A DNA stretch of 64,000 bases. Source: Candidatus Roizmanbacteria bacterium RIFCSPHIGHO2_02_FULL_37_13b (GTDB taxonomy: Bacteria; Patescibacteriota; Microgenomatia; UBA1406; HO2-37-13b). The stretch lies in assembly GCA_001789395.1 (NCBI GenBank), contig MFZK01000021.1, positions 2,114 through 66,113 of the forward strand, written 5' to 3'. Both the position numbers and the translations under genes were made by a program. Shown one piece after another: positions 43,309 to 53,560 of this stretch; positions within the stretch are counted from its first letter, which is position 1, and every line of letters begins with the position of its first letter. The notes under the pieces are model-generated. The model made no database searches, was not told the origin of the DNA, and saw nothing but the letters and a program-made list of their open reading frames with translations.

Positions 43309-44667
43309 CTATTTTCGACTGACGGTATAGCTATAAGGGTAATATAAGAAAATGGCTGGTACCTCATCAGCGATCACTTTTTGAAGATCGACATAAATTT
43401 GTTTTCTTTGTTCAATATTCGTCACCTTTCGACCATCCTCAAGAAGTTTATCGATTTTAACATTTTTTAAATTGGTGATATTCTGATTAGTTTGAGTCGA
43501 GTGCCAAAAATAATATTGATCGGGATCGATTGGTGGATTCCAGAGAGTTAGCAACATATCAAATTCAGGAGGTATGTACGATAAAATATGTAAATTTATC
43601 TTAAAACCAATGTCCTCCAATTCCGATTTCAATCTTTCAGCAATATTTATATAGTCAAAAAAAGTATAAAAATTAAGTTCTGCGGATTCAGTTGCACTAA
43701 TTTCATCGCTAACCATTTTCTTGGCTTTTTCTTTATCTCGAGTATATGCTTTTAACTTGTCATCATAAGCCCAAGATAATGGGGAGATCGGTCCAACAGA
43801 TCGGACTCCTACGTCGCTAAAATTCGGAATTGCATAGGTCAATGCTTTTCTAAGATCCTTTGAATTAAGTTTATTTGATTGAGTATTAATAAACAGAGTC
43901 ATTATTTGTGAAAAATCCGTTCGATTTTGATAGTTTATATTTTTCCAATTTCTGAATTTATCAGCTAAATTTTTTTTGTATGTCTGAAACTCAGTAATTT
44001 CTCCCTTTTTAAATGCAATAATAAGATCATTTTCATTATCATAGAATTTAAAAGTTTTATAAGGTAGATCCTTCTTGTTTGGGTATAGATTAATTTCAGT
44101 CACATAGTATTTGGATTTTAAATTATAACTTTGCGCTTGATATAGACCACCTATTCCCAAAAGAGGGTATTTTATTACCGGTTTAGATAAATATGCGGGA
44201 AAGATTGATAACGGCTGATTTAGATAAAAATCAATTGTATTATCGTCAATGACTTTCGTCTCAATGCCCTCAAAGTTAAAGTTTAGATCTTTTGTTGTAA
44301 ATTTCTTACCGTTATCCCAATAAAGATTTGTTTTCAAGTGAAAACGGTATGTTTTATTATCGTTATATAACTCCCATTGATTTGCCAATACTGGTGTTAA
44401 ATCACCTTTTTCACTCGCGGCAACCAGTGGACTAGATACAAGCGTGGTAATTTCTAAAGGCAAGTATTGGAGGGAATATTTTCCTAAGATTCCTACAGTT
44501 ACTTTCTTTTTCAAAAAAAGCGAATTTATAACAGGATAGCTATTTATGAAAAATGAAATAAAAAAAAAGGATAAAACAGCACTTACGATAAGATAAACCC
44601 ACTTTTTACTTATAAAGGACGCTACCAGCCAATAATAATAACGTGCCTTTTTGTGAATTAAATTCAT
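43309..44667 (-). CDS. ABC-transporter substrate-binding protein, family 5 (peptide/nickel type), membrane-anchored
   Basis: LANQWELYNDNKTYRFHLKTNLYWDNGKKFTTKDLNFNF resembles the SBP_bac_5 N-lobe. An N-terminal TM anchor is present. Confidence 0.65.
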   Translation of the reverse strand: MNLIHKKARYYYWLVASFISKKWVYLIVSAVLSFFFISFFINSYPVINSLFLKKKVTVGILGKYSLQYLPLEITTLVSSPLVAASEKGDLTPVLANQWELYNDNKTYRFHLKTNLYWDNGKKFTTKDLNFNFEGIETKVIDDNTIDFYLNQPLSIFPAYLSKPVIKYPLLGIGGLYQAQSYNLKSKYYVTEINLYPNKKDLPYKTFKFYDNENDLIIAFKKGEITEFQTYKKNLADKFRNWKNINYQNRTDFSQIMTLFINTQSNKLNSKDLRKALTYAIPNFSDVGVRSVGPISPLSWAYDDKLKAYTRDKEKAKKMVSDEISATESAELNFYTFFDYINIAERLKSELEDIGFKINLHILSYIPPEFDMLLTLWNPPIDPDQYYFWHSTQTNQNITNLKNVKIDKLLEDGRKVTNIEQRKQIYVDLQKVIADEVPAIFLYYPYSYTVSRK

Positions 44668-44879
44668 GTCAGCAAGTTAGCTACTGAGATGACAAAAAAA
44701 GCGATAATAAGAGCGGCGGTTAGTCTAAGTGTCCACTTTTCAATGCCTCTACGCGTTTGGAATGTTTCGCCACCCCCACCCCACGCGCTTCCAAGCCCGG
44801 CTCCACCACCCTGCGTTAAAATCAAAACGACAATAATAAGTCCAATTATGATATTTAGTATTAAAAGTATGTTTTCCAT
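44664..44879 (-). CDS. secG: preprotein translocase subunit SecG
   Basis: 71 aa with two TM helices flanking the Gly-rich loop QGGGAGLGSAWGGGG. Confidence 0.8.
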   Translation of the reverse strand: MENILLILNIIIGLIIVVLILTQGGGAGLGSAWGGGGETFQTRRGIEKWTLRLTAALIIAFFVISVANLLT

Positions 44880-44893
44880 ACAAGATACTCATA

Positions 44894-46183
44894 TTATATC
44901 AAGATTTTTTTTCTACGTAGAAGTAGATGGTATTTTTTTGCAAAACGATGTGATTCATCTCTTATATGTTGAATTAGTCGGTAAAAAAGATCATTTGATG
45001 AAAAAGGTATTTGTGTAAAGTTCTCTGATGAAATGATTCTATCGGGATTTTTAACAATACCTATTAACGGTATGTTAATATTCAAATGATTAAGATATTT
45101 TTTTATCGGCGCTAATTGCTGTTTACCTCCGTCAACAATAAGGAGATCGGGAAGATTTTTTTCTTTCGAGAATCGTCTTTTAATAACTGATAGAAGCCGC
45201 TGACTGTCTGATGGAAAATTATCTATCTTATATCGGCGATATTCTTTTTTATCACTCTCTTCATTTATAAATACCACTCGTGAAGCTACGACATCTCTAT
45301 CAAATAGATTGCTAATATCATAACATTCGATCCGGAAGTGTTTCTTATCCCCATTAAAGCGGAAATAATTATTTAAAAATTCACCAATAAGTTGTTGATA
45401 ATTAATTGAACGAGTGGCGTTATAGCCGTCAATTTCGGAAAATGATCTCGAAGCAAGGCTTTTTAAAATGTATAGCGAATTACGACAATCTATGGCTTTT
45501 TCATAATTCTGATTATCAATACACTCGCTCAACTCATTCTCCATCTTTTTGATTGCTAAATCGGATTTACATTCCAGAATTCGAATAATCATATTTATAT
45601 TAGCTCGATATTTATTCGTTAAAATTAAGGCCTCATGTGTTTTGCCTGATTTCTTTAATTTAGTAATGTAATTTGGACACGGATTGCACAGATTGATCTG
45701 GGAATAAAAACACGCGCGTTTGCTAATTTTCGACGCTTGGCAAAAAGGAATGCTTTGTCTTAATAAATTCAAAATTTTACGACCTATTTTTGTGGATTGA
45801 AATGGACCGAAATATCTACTATTTGAATCATTTTCGTGCCTGACAAGGTATATCTTAGGATATTTTTCTTTAATTGATATTTTTATATACAAAAAACTTT
45901 TATCATCCTTCCATACGACGTTATATTTTGGTTTATACTTTTGTATTAATTTAGCCTCCAATAGAAGTGCGTCAAACTCTGAAATGGTTGTAAAATAACT
46001 TATATCGGTGGTTTCAGACATCAATGATCTTTCCTTATTGTCTTGTAATTGATTTTGCAAATGAGATCGTAATCGGACCTTGATATTAACTGCCTTACCG
46101 ATATATATAATGCTTTGTTTATTTGCTAATATATAAACGCCGGTAGTAGATGGCATCGTCGAAATTTGTTTAACCGACATCAT
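44894..46183 (-). CDS. uvrC: excinuclease ABC subunit C, short form lacking the C-terminal (HhH)2 domain
   Basis: GIY-YIG (GVYILANKQSIIYIGKA), a UVR-like helix, and an endonuclease domain ending at IRDESHRFAKKYH. 429 aa. Confidence 0.8.
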   Translation of the reverse strand: MMSVKQISTMPSTTGVYILANKQSIIYIGKAVNIKVRLRSHLQNQLQDNKERSLMSETTDISYFTTISEFDALLLEAKLIQKYKPKYNVVWKDDKSFLYIKISIKEKYPKIYLVRHENDSNSRYFGPFQSTKIGRKILNLLRQSIPFCQASKISKRACFYSQINLCNPCPNYITKLKKSGKTHEALILTNKYRANINMIIRILECKSDLAIKKMENELSECIDNQNYEKAIDCRNSLYILKSLASRSFSEIDGYNATRSINYQQLIGEFLNNYFRFNGDKKHFRIECYDISNLFDRDVVASRVVFINEESDKKEYRRYKIDNFPSDSQRLLSVIKRRFSKEKNLPDLLIVDGGKQQLAPIKKYLNHLNINIPLIGIVKNPDRIISSENFTQIPFSSNDLFYRLIQHIRDESHRFAKKYHLLLRRKKILI

Positions 46184-47991
46184 AAATATTTTGCTTTGTT
46201 AAATACAAGCGCTACCACAATGAATACTATTATAGGTCCAGCGATCAGAAGAACCGTCGACATCAACGTCGTTTGTTTAATATTGATCTCTTTACTTTGC
46301 ATTAATTGGCCATCAAAAAAAATTTTAAGATTATCTGCGGAATCAAACGAAGGATTGCCTTGATAATTAATTATATATTTTTTATTCTCAAAAGGGACTA
46401 AATAGTCTATGACAATTTCTGCAGGGTGTAATTTTATATGTTGAGCGGTCAAGTTTATTTTATTTCCTTTTAAAATGACATTGCTTTGATTCTTAAGTTG
46501 TAATTCTAAGCTATAGTTCTTTTGTGAAAGAATATTTTGACGTAAATTATGATTAATTTCAATAGTTTTTGATTGTTGCGGTATTTCTTTAACTGCAGTT
46601 ACAATTAGATCTTTGGATCTTTCTGTTTTATATGTTCCAGCTGCCTTAGGAAATGTGGAATTTTGTCCATGGATAACTAAAGCTATATGGTTTAGATCAA
46701 ATGATGAAAAGTAATCTAGTCCAGAAGTCCGTTGCCAAGTAGGATCGATAGCTTGCCAATTATTTTCTTGTTCACTATAATATTCTGGCCAAGAGTGCAA
46801 AACATCTGAAGTTAATGTCAACGGTCTTAATTTAGCGTCGAAGCTATATCCAAATCCCTGAATTTCACGAGCATAGAAACCTGATTTTCGTGAAACAGCA
46901 ATAAATGTGTCGGTAAATTCGGTGCATAAAGAACTCAATGGATTTATTAAGGCTTTTTGTGCACCCAGCCTGATAACAGGATTCTTAGTACGTTCAAAAT
47001 CATAGTCAAAATTATCAATAATAAACTGATATATAGTTTGAGGATTCGTTCTATTTATTTTATTATACATGTTATTGTCACTGTCTAGATGCCAATAATC
47101 TTCGGTTTTTAAAAGGTATAATTTTTGTTTGGAAAAATGATTCTTCATATAATTTTGATATTCGTTTGAAGATGAAGTAGTTAAAATAGCATAACCCTCG
47201 TAATTAATAGTCAATTTTGAATTTGGTTTGACTGTATATTTTGCCAAAAAATTGCCATCGATATCACTAAAAGTTTTAATTGGCAACGGGTTAATACTTG
47301 TTAAAAGGACATTTTGGTGTTGGGTGTCAGGTGGTAAAGCAATTGTCTGCTCGACAGGTGTCAGTGAGGTGTTTATTAAATTATAGACAGTAGAAATTTT
47401 ATAGTATTGTTGATTGCCAAAAATAGCATAAATAAATTGTTGTTTAACATCAGTCCATTTAATTTCGCCATCCTTATATGAAGATGGTGGAGGTTTGGAA
47501 ATTGATAAAGGTGACAATTGATCTAGTTTGTTAACTATTACAGTGTTTGTTCTCTGGTGACTATCATTTATTAATGGTATAAACATCTCGGATACTCTAC
47601 CGACTTTTTTGATAATTTTTGATTGGTCAAAAAATATGGTAAAGTGAGTATCCTTATTATTTTCAAAATTGGATTGCGAAAAAGCAATTGTTATTTGGTA
47701 TTGACCATTCTCATCACGCTTTGTTTCTAGTATTTTATATAAATCTGATTTTGATCTAACGTTTTTAACTTCAATTTCGTCAGGAAAAAAAAGAGTAAAT
47801 TCTTTTATATAAGTTGCTTTTTTTTGATTGTTAAGAATGACTGATAATTGAACAGATGCGTCGCCATTTTCATTGAGAGTATAAATAGTCTCATAATTCG
47901 TAGTATATTCTTCAGCATGAATATCTGGACAGTGAAATAGTAGCATGAAAAACGATCCAGCAAAAGCTAATATCTTAAGATTTTTTTTCAT
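46180..47991 (-). CDS. exported transglutaminase-like cysteine protease-fold protein with a C-terminal TM anchor
   Basis: Signal peptide MKKNLKILAFAGSFFMLLF. Cys-His-Asp core candidates are CTEFTDTFIAVSRKSGFYAREIQGFGY, HSWPEYY and AIDPTW. A hydrophobic C-terminal helix is present. Confidence 0.7.
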   Translation of the reverse strand: MKKNLKILAFAGSFFMLLFHCPDIHAEEYTTNYETIYTLNENGDASVQLSVILNNQKKATYIKEFTLFFPDEIEVKNVRSKSDLYKILETKRDENGQYQITIAFSQSNFENNKDTHFTIFFDQSKIIKKVGRVSEMFIPLINDSHQRTNTVIVNKLDQLSPLSISKPPPSSYKDGEIKWTDVKQQFIYAIFGNQQYYKISTVYNLINTSLTPVEQTIALPPDTQHQNVLLTSINPLPIKTFSDIDGNFLAKYTVKPNSKLTINYEGYAILTTSSSNEYQNYMKNHFSKQKLYLLKTEDYWHLDSDNNMYNKINRTNPQTIYQFIIDNFDYDFERTKNPVIRLGAQKALINPLSSLCTEFTDTFIAVSRKSGFYAREIQGFGYSFDAKLRPLTLTSDVLHSWPEYYSEQENNWQAIDPTWQRTSGLDYFSSFDLNHIALVIHGQNSTFPKAAGTYKTERSKDLIVTAVKEIPQQSKTIEINHNLRQNILSQKNYSLELQLKNQSNVILKGNKINLTAQHIKLHPAEIVIDYLVPFENKKYIINYQGNPSFDSADNLKIFFDGQLMQSKEINIKQTTLMSTVLLIAGPIIVFIVVALVFNKAKYL

Positions 47992-50866
47992 ACTTTTTAA
48001 GATATTGTCCTGTCAAAGATTTATTATTTTCAATAATATTTATTAATTTACCTTGATAGAGCAGATGTCCGCCTTTATTACCTCCTCCTGGACCCAAATC
48101 AATGATGTAGTCACACTGGGCAATTACATCTAAATTGTGTTCAATAATTATCACAGTGTTCCCTTTATTAACCAATGCTTTTAACGCGACGATAAGCTTT
48201 TCAGTATCGTAAAGATGTAAACCGGTCGTTGGTTCATCTAATATATAAAGCGTTCTTCCCGTCTCCTTCTTTGCTAATTCATGAGATAGTTTTATTCTCT
48301 GTGCTTCTCCCCCGGATAATGTCGTTGCTGGTTGGCCTAATTGGAGATAGTCTAAACCGATATCAGCCATAACTCGTAATTTCGTATAAATTTGAGGATG
48401 GTTTTTAAAAAAATCCAAGGCTTCTAATACAGTTAAATTCAAAATATCATAAATATTTTTCTCTTTATATTTAACTTCTAGAGTCTGTGAGTTGTAACGT
48501 TTGCTTTCACATATATCACAGTTGACATATACGTCGGGAAGAAACTGCATCTCAATTTTTAAAGTGCCGGCTCCACCACATTTTTCACATCGACCGCCCT
48601 TAACATTGAATGAAAAACGGCCTTTTTTGTACCCACGAATTTTAGCATCGGAAGTTTGTGCAAAGATATCACGAACAAAATCAAAAATACCGACATAAGT
48701 TGCCGGATTAGATCTTGGGGTGCGGCCTATGGCCGATTGATCTACCAAATAGATTCTATCGATATAGCCGGACCCGTTGATTGAATCATGTTTACCCTCA
48801 ACTCCGGATATCTTACCGCCGAGTTGTTGATATATAGCTTTATACAATGTATCGACGACTAGAGTTGATTTCCCCGATCCCGAGACACCCGTGACGCAAC
48901 TTAAACGGTTTAGTGGGATTTTAACATCTATATTTTTTAAATTATATTGACAACAACGATTAATTTCGATGAAAGAATCGCCGATATTTGAATTATTGTT
49001 TAGTCGGGATTTAGTCTTATAATTGAATAAATATTTTGCTGTTAAAGATTTTTGATCATATTTGAGATTTTTTATATCTCCTGAATAAATTATATTACCT
49101 CCTTTTTTACCAGCATAAAGCCCGAAATCAACTATGTAATCAGCTGCCATAATCGTTTCCGGATCATGTTCAACGACTATTAAAGTATTGCCGATGTCTC
49201 GAAGATGTTTTAACGAATTAATTAATGAACCGACATCTTTCGGATGAAGTCCGATAGACGGTTCATCTAAAACATAAAGAATACCTGTTAGACCACTGCC
49301 AATTTGTGATGCTAATCTAATACGTTGTGATTCACCATTTGAAAGAGTTCTTGCTGAACGATTCAAAGTCAGATAATCCAAGCCAACATCAATTAAGAAA
49401 TTCAACCGTTTTATAATTTCCTTCATTACTTCACCAGATATTTTTTTTTGATACTCGGATAAAAGCTCCATCGTTTCAAGTAAGAAAGCAACAGACTCGT
49501 CAATTGAAAGATTACCAACCTCAAATACATTTTTTGAATTGATTCTGACTCCTAACACTTCGGGTTTTAAGCGTTGCCCATGACATTTGTCACATATCGA
49601 CTCATGCATATACTGTTCAATTTCTTGCCTGACATACTCTGAATCTGTCTCGAAGTAACGACGTTGAAGTTCACCAATAATTCCCATGAATTTTTCCTGA
49701 ATTTTCGTATCATGTCCAAATCGATTTTTACCTTCGACCTGATATACTCTATCATTACCAAAAAAAAGCAAACGTATTTTATCAGCGTTTAACAATCCAA
49801 GCGCAAGTTTTGAATCTATATTGTTCTCATTAATAAATGTATAAAATAATCTTGAATACCAGGTTGTTTGTAAAAAAATTTTACTCAAGGGTAATATGCC
49901 GCCCTCATTAATCGATAATTTTTTATTCATCACTAAATCTGGATCAATTTTCAAGACGTATCCCAAACCTTTACATTGAATGCAAGCTCCGGTTGGAGAA
50001 TTAAACGAAAAGAGTCTAGGTTCAATTGCCGGTAAGGATAATCCACAATTAGGGCAAGATAATTGCTCTGAGAATAAAATACGTTGGTTTGAATTTTGAT
50101 CAAATAATATTGATAAACCACTAGCTAAAGTTAGAGATTGTTCAACAGAATTAAAAATTCGCAATTTTAAATTTTCAACATATACTTTATTTTTGAAATC
50201 CCTGTAAGAAACAGAAATTTTATCAATAACCACATCTATATTATGACGATTGGTTTTGATAAGGCCGAGGTCAGTCTCTAAATCGATCAGATTCCCGTCA
50301 ATAAAAGCATGATGAAATCCCTTGCCTAATAAATTCTTTAAAAGATCACTAAACTCACCCTTTCTATCCCTCACAACAGGAGAAAGAAGAAAAAAAATAA
50401 GTGGCTTAATTTTTTCTAGTGTAAGTTGCCGATTAATGTAAGTGATAATTTTATCAACTATTTCATCAATTGACATTTTAGAAATCAAAATATTACATGT
50501 TGGACAATATGGTTGACCTATTCGTGCAAACAGCAATCTTAAGTAGTCAGAAACTTCTGTAATCGTGCCCACGGTAGATCTTGGATTATGAGAAACGGAT
50601 TTTTGATCGATTGAAATTGCCGGAGATAATCCTTCAATTGAATCCATATCGGGTTTACGCAACATCCCTAAGAATTGACGAGCATAAGTAGAAAGTGATT
50701 CGACATAACGCCTTTGTCCTTCGGCAAATATAGTATCAAATGCCATGGAAGATTTACCCGAACCAGAAATACCCGTAAACACTATCATTTTATTCTTAGG
50801 AATCTTAAGAGAAACATTTTTTAAATTATGCTCACGGGCCCCTTTGATAATTAAATAGTCATTCAT
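47975..50866 (-). CDS. uvrA: excinuclease ABC subunit A
   Basis: 963 aa with two ABC ATPase modules (GISGSGKSS, GVSGSGKST) and zinc-finger CxxC pairs. Confidence 0.95.
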   Translation of the reverse strand: MNDYLIIKGAREHNLKNVSLKIPKNKMIVFTGISGSGKSSMAFDTIFAEGQRRYVESLSTYARQFLGMLRKPDMDSIEGLSPAISIDQKSVSHNPRSTVGTITEVSDYLRLLFARIGQPYCPTCNILISKMSIDEIVDKIITYINRQLTLEKIKPLIFFLLSPVVRDRKGEFSDLLKNLLGKGFHHAFIDGNLIDLETDLGLIKTNRHNIDVVIDKISVSYRDFKNKVYVENLKLRIFNSVEQSLTLASGLSILFDQNSNQRILFSEQLSCPNCGLSLPAIEPRLFSFNSPTGACIQCKGLGYVLKIDPDLVMNKKLSINEGGILPLSKIFLQTTWYSRLFYTFINENNIDSKLALGLLNADKIRLLFFGNDRVYQVEGKNRFGHDTKIQEKFMGIIGELQRRYFETDSEYVRQEIEQYMHESICDKCHGQRLKPEVLGVRINSKNVFEVGNLSIDESVAFLLETMELLSEYQKKISGEVMKEIIKRLNFLIDVGLDYLTLNRSARTLSNGESQRIRLASQIGSGLTGILYVLDEPSIGLHPKDVGSLINSLKHLRDIGNTLIVVEHDPETIMAADYIVDFGLYAGKKGGNIIYSGDIKNLKYDQKSLTAKYLFNYKTKSRLNNNSNIGDSFIEINRCCQYNLKNIDVKIPLNRLSCVTGVSGSGKSTLVVDTLYKAIYQQLGGKISGVEGKHDSINGSGYIDRIYLVDQSAIGRTPRSNPATYVGIFDFVRDIFAQTSDAKIRGYKKGRFSFNVKGGRCEKCGGAGTLKIEMQFLPDVYVNCDICESKRYNSQTLEVKYKEKNIYDILNLTVLEALDFFKNHPQIYTKLRVMADIGLDYLQLGQPATTLSGGEAQRIKLSHELAKKETGRTLYILDEPTTGLHLYDTEKLIVALKALVNKGNTVIIIEHNLDVIAQCDYIIDLGPGGGNKGGHLLYQGKLINIIENNKSLTGQYLKKYEKKS

Positions 50867-52880
50867 AGTGATTTAATTCTTCTATTTTGTCACGAATTGC
50901 AATTGCCATTTCGAAATGTAAATCTTTTGCTTGTTTTTTCATCTCTCGTGTAAGTTGATGGCGTATTTTTTTTATATCATGTGGGGTCATAGAATCAATT
51001 TTAATCTTATCTAAATCGCTTATGAATTGTGGGATAATGAATAGTCCTTCTTGCGTTTGTGGGTAATTTTCAACAATATCATCCTTGATTAACTTAGATA
51101 TTGAAACAGGAGTGATATTATGGCGTTTATTATATTCAATCTGATATTTCCTTCGTCGATTGATTTCATCTATCGCTTGATTAATTGATTTTGTCATCGT
51201 GTCCGCGTAGATTATCACTCTTCCATTGATATTTCGAGAAGCCCTACCCATGGTTTGAATAAGCGCAGTTTTACTTCTTAAAAAACCTTCATTTTCAGCG
51301 TCAAGAATAGCTACCAATCCTATTTCAGGTAGATCCAATCCTTCTCGAAGAAGGTTTATACCAACAAGTACATCAAACTCACCGCGTCTAAGACTTATAA
51401 GTATTTTTGTGCGTTCTAATGTTTTGATATCAGAATGCAAATATTTTGTCTTTATATTCTTTTCACTTAAATACTTTGTCAAATCTTCAGCAATGCGTTT
51501 TGTCAAAGCCGATACTAGGACTTTAAAGGATTGGGTAATAGTTTTTTCGATTTCTTCAATTAAATCCATAATTTCGTTTTTTGAAGGTTTTATTATTACT
51601 TCAGGATCTATAATACCTGTCGGTCTCGTCAGAAGTTCAAATACATGTTTTTTTGATTTATTAAGTTCCCATTCATCAGGAGTTGCCGATGCATAAATAA
51701 ATTTTGGTACTTTTACGTAAAATTCATCAAATTTAAATGGTCGATTATCAAGAGCTGCTTGCATTCGGAATCCATAATCGATTAAAGTCTTTTTTCTCGA
51801 ATTATCACCGTGATACATTCCTCTAATCTGAGGTATGGTCATATGTGATTCATCAATTATTGCTAACCATTTATCTTTATAGCGGTGTGAAAAGTAATCT
51901 ATAAGTGTAAACGGTGGATCACCAATTGCTCTACCATCAAAGTACCTTGAATAATTTTCAATACCATTTACATATCCCACCTCCTTAATCATCTCAAGAT
52001 CATAGTTGACTTTTCTTAACAATCTTTGCGCTTCTATCAATTTACCGGAATGAAGTAATTGATCACACTCAAGTTTTAAGTCATGTCGAATTTTTGATTC
52101 AACGTTTAGATATTCGGTTTGATCTGCTAAATAATGTTTAGCGGGATATATTACAAGCGGATCATTGAAACTAATTGCCGCAATCTTTTCCCCAGAAATA
52201 GGATTAATAAAATATCCATTCCTTAGTTTATCACCGAGAATCTCAAGATGAATAGCCGTATCTTCATAAGCAGGATAAATATCAATATTATTGCCTCTAA
52301 TTCTAAATGTACCTCTAGAGAAGTCAAATTCGCTACGTTCATATTGTAATTCAATGAGTCTCTTGGCTAAATTCTTGTTCGATAGCGGTTGAAACTTATC
52401 GATAGTCAATACGTTTTGTCCATATTCACGAGGTGAACCAATATTGTAAATGCATGAGACGGATGCCACGACAACGACATCGTCTCTAGTCATGATGTTG
52501 CTTGTCGCTTTTAATCGCATTTTGTCGATTAAATCATTAATCATTGCCTCCTTCTGAATGTAAATATCTGTCGCGGGTAAATAGGCTTCAGGTTGATAAA
52601 AATCATAATAAGAGACAAAATAGGATATACTATTTTTTGGAAAAAAATCTCTCATTTCCTGGAAAAGTTGACCGGCAAGCGTCTTATTATGAGAGATAAT
52701 CAAAGTCGGTAAATTGCTCTGTTTTATAATATTGGCCATGGTAAATGTCTTTCCGGAACCTGTAACGCCCAAAAGCACCTGATTTTTTATGTTCGATTTA
52801 ATTCCGTCAACAAGCTTGGCTATTGCTTGTGTTTGATCGTCGGTTGCGGAAAAATTGGATTCGAGATTAAATATATTCAT
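50859..52880 (-). CDS. uvrB: excinuclease ABC subunit B
   Basis: GVTGSGKTF Walker A, DESH box, and a C-terminal UVR domain (FEMAIAIRDKI). Confidence 0.95.
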   Translation of the reverse strand: MNIFNLESNFSATDDQTQAIAKLVDGIKSNIKNQVLLGVTGSGKTFTMANIIKQSNLPTLIISHNKTLAGQLFQEMRDFFPKNSISYFVSYYDFYQPEAYLPATDIYIQKEAMINDLIDKMRLKATSNIMTRDDVVVVASVSCIYNIGSPREYGQNVLTIDKFQPLSNKNLAKRLIELQYERSEFDFSRGTFRIRGNNIDIYPAYEDTAIHLEILGDKLRNGYFINPISGEKIAAISFNDPLVIYPAKHYLADQTEYLNVESKIRHDLKLECDQLLHSGKLIEAQRLLRKVNYDLEMIKEVGYVNGIENYSRYFDGRAIGDPPFTLIDYFSHRYKDKWLAIIDESHMTIPQIRGMYHGDNSRKKTLIDYGFRMQAALDNRPFKFDEFYVKVPKFIYASATPDEWELNKSKKHVFELLTRPTGIIDPEVIIKPSKNEIMDLIEEIEKTITQSFKVLVSALTKRIAEDLTKYLSEKNIKTKYLHSDIKTLERTKILISLRRGEFDVLVGINLLREGLDLPEIGLVAILDAENEGFLRSKTALIQTMGRASRNINGRVIIYADTMTKSINQAIDEINRRRKYQIEYNKRHNITPVSISKLIKDDIVENYPQTQEGLFIIPQFISDLDKIKIDSMTPHDIKKIRHQLTREMKKQAKDLHFEMAIAIRDKIEELNHYE

Positions 52881-52924
52881 TGGAAACTTTTTATTGTACT
52901 AATTTTTCGATATAATGTATAGTC

Positions 52925-53560
52925 ATGAATCTGGAAACGATATTACCGACAATAGGTTATGTCGGTATTTTTGCGATTGTTTTTGCCGAATCCGGACTTT
53001 TAATTGGTTTTTTTCTGCCTGGAGACAGTCTTTTATTTACTGCTGGTTTTTTAGCATCTCAAGACAACTTTCATATTGGATATTTATCGATAGGTTGTTT
53101 CATCGCAGCGATATTGGGTGATAGTGTTGGTTATGCCTTTGGTCATAAAGTAGGTAGACGCCTTTTTCACAAAACAGATTCTGTGTTTTTTCACAAAGAC
53201 CACCTTCTTAAGGCAGAACGATTCTACGAACAGCATGGTAAAAAAACAATTGTACTAGCTCGTTTTATGCCAATTGTTCGAACGTTTGCACCGATAGTTG
53301 CTGGTATCGGGAAAATGGAATATAGAACGTTCATAGTTTACAACATCATCGGCGGCTTTCTATGGGCTATTGGTTTAACTGGAGGGGGTTATATATTAGG
53401 TAATTCAATACCTAATGTGGATAAGTATTTATTACCGATAGTTGCTACAATTATTGTTCTCTCAATACTTCCACAGACAGTACACATACTTAAAAATCCA
53501 AATAATCGAAGAGTAATAACTAAATTTATAAAAAGTAAAATACCAAAAATCTATTCTTAA
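52925..53560 (+). CDS. DedA-family membrane protein
   Basis: The pattern E.G......PG...L...G and FFGR-like RFMPIVRTF resemble the DedA/SNARE-associated family. Confidence 0.75.
   Translation: MNLETILPTIGYVGIFAIVFAESGLLIGFFLPGDSLLFTAGFLASQDNFHIGYLSIGCFIAAILGDSVGYAFGHKVGRRLFHKTDSVFFHKDHLLKAERFYEQHGKKTIVLARFMPIVRTFAPIVAGIGKMEYRTFIVYNIIGGFLWAIGLTGGGYILGNSIPNVDKYLLPIVATIIVLSILPQTVHILKNPNNRRVITKFIKSKIPKIYS

Noticed and set aside
33375-43310. An integrase, transposase or phage remnant near the tRNA clusters that would explain the repeats as att sites.
   Set aside because: Every ORF in these intervals has a plausible housekeeping assignment, except the 543-aa membrane protein. I saw no recombinase catalytic motifs or IS terminal inverted repeats.
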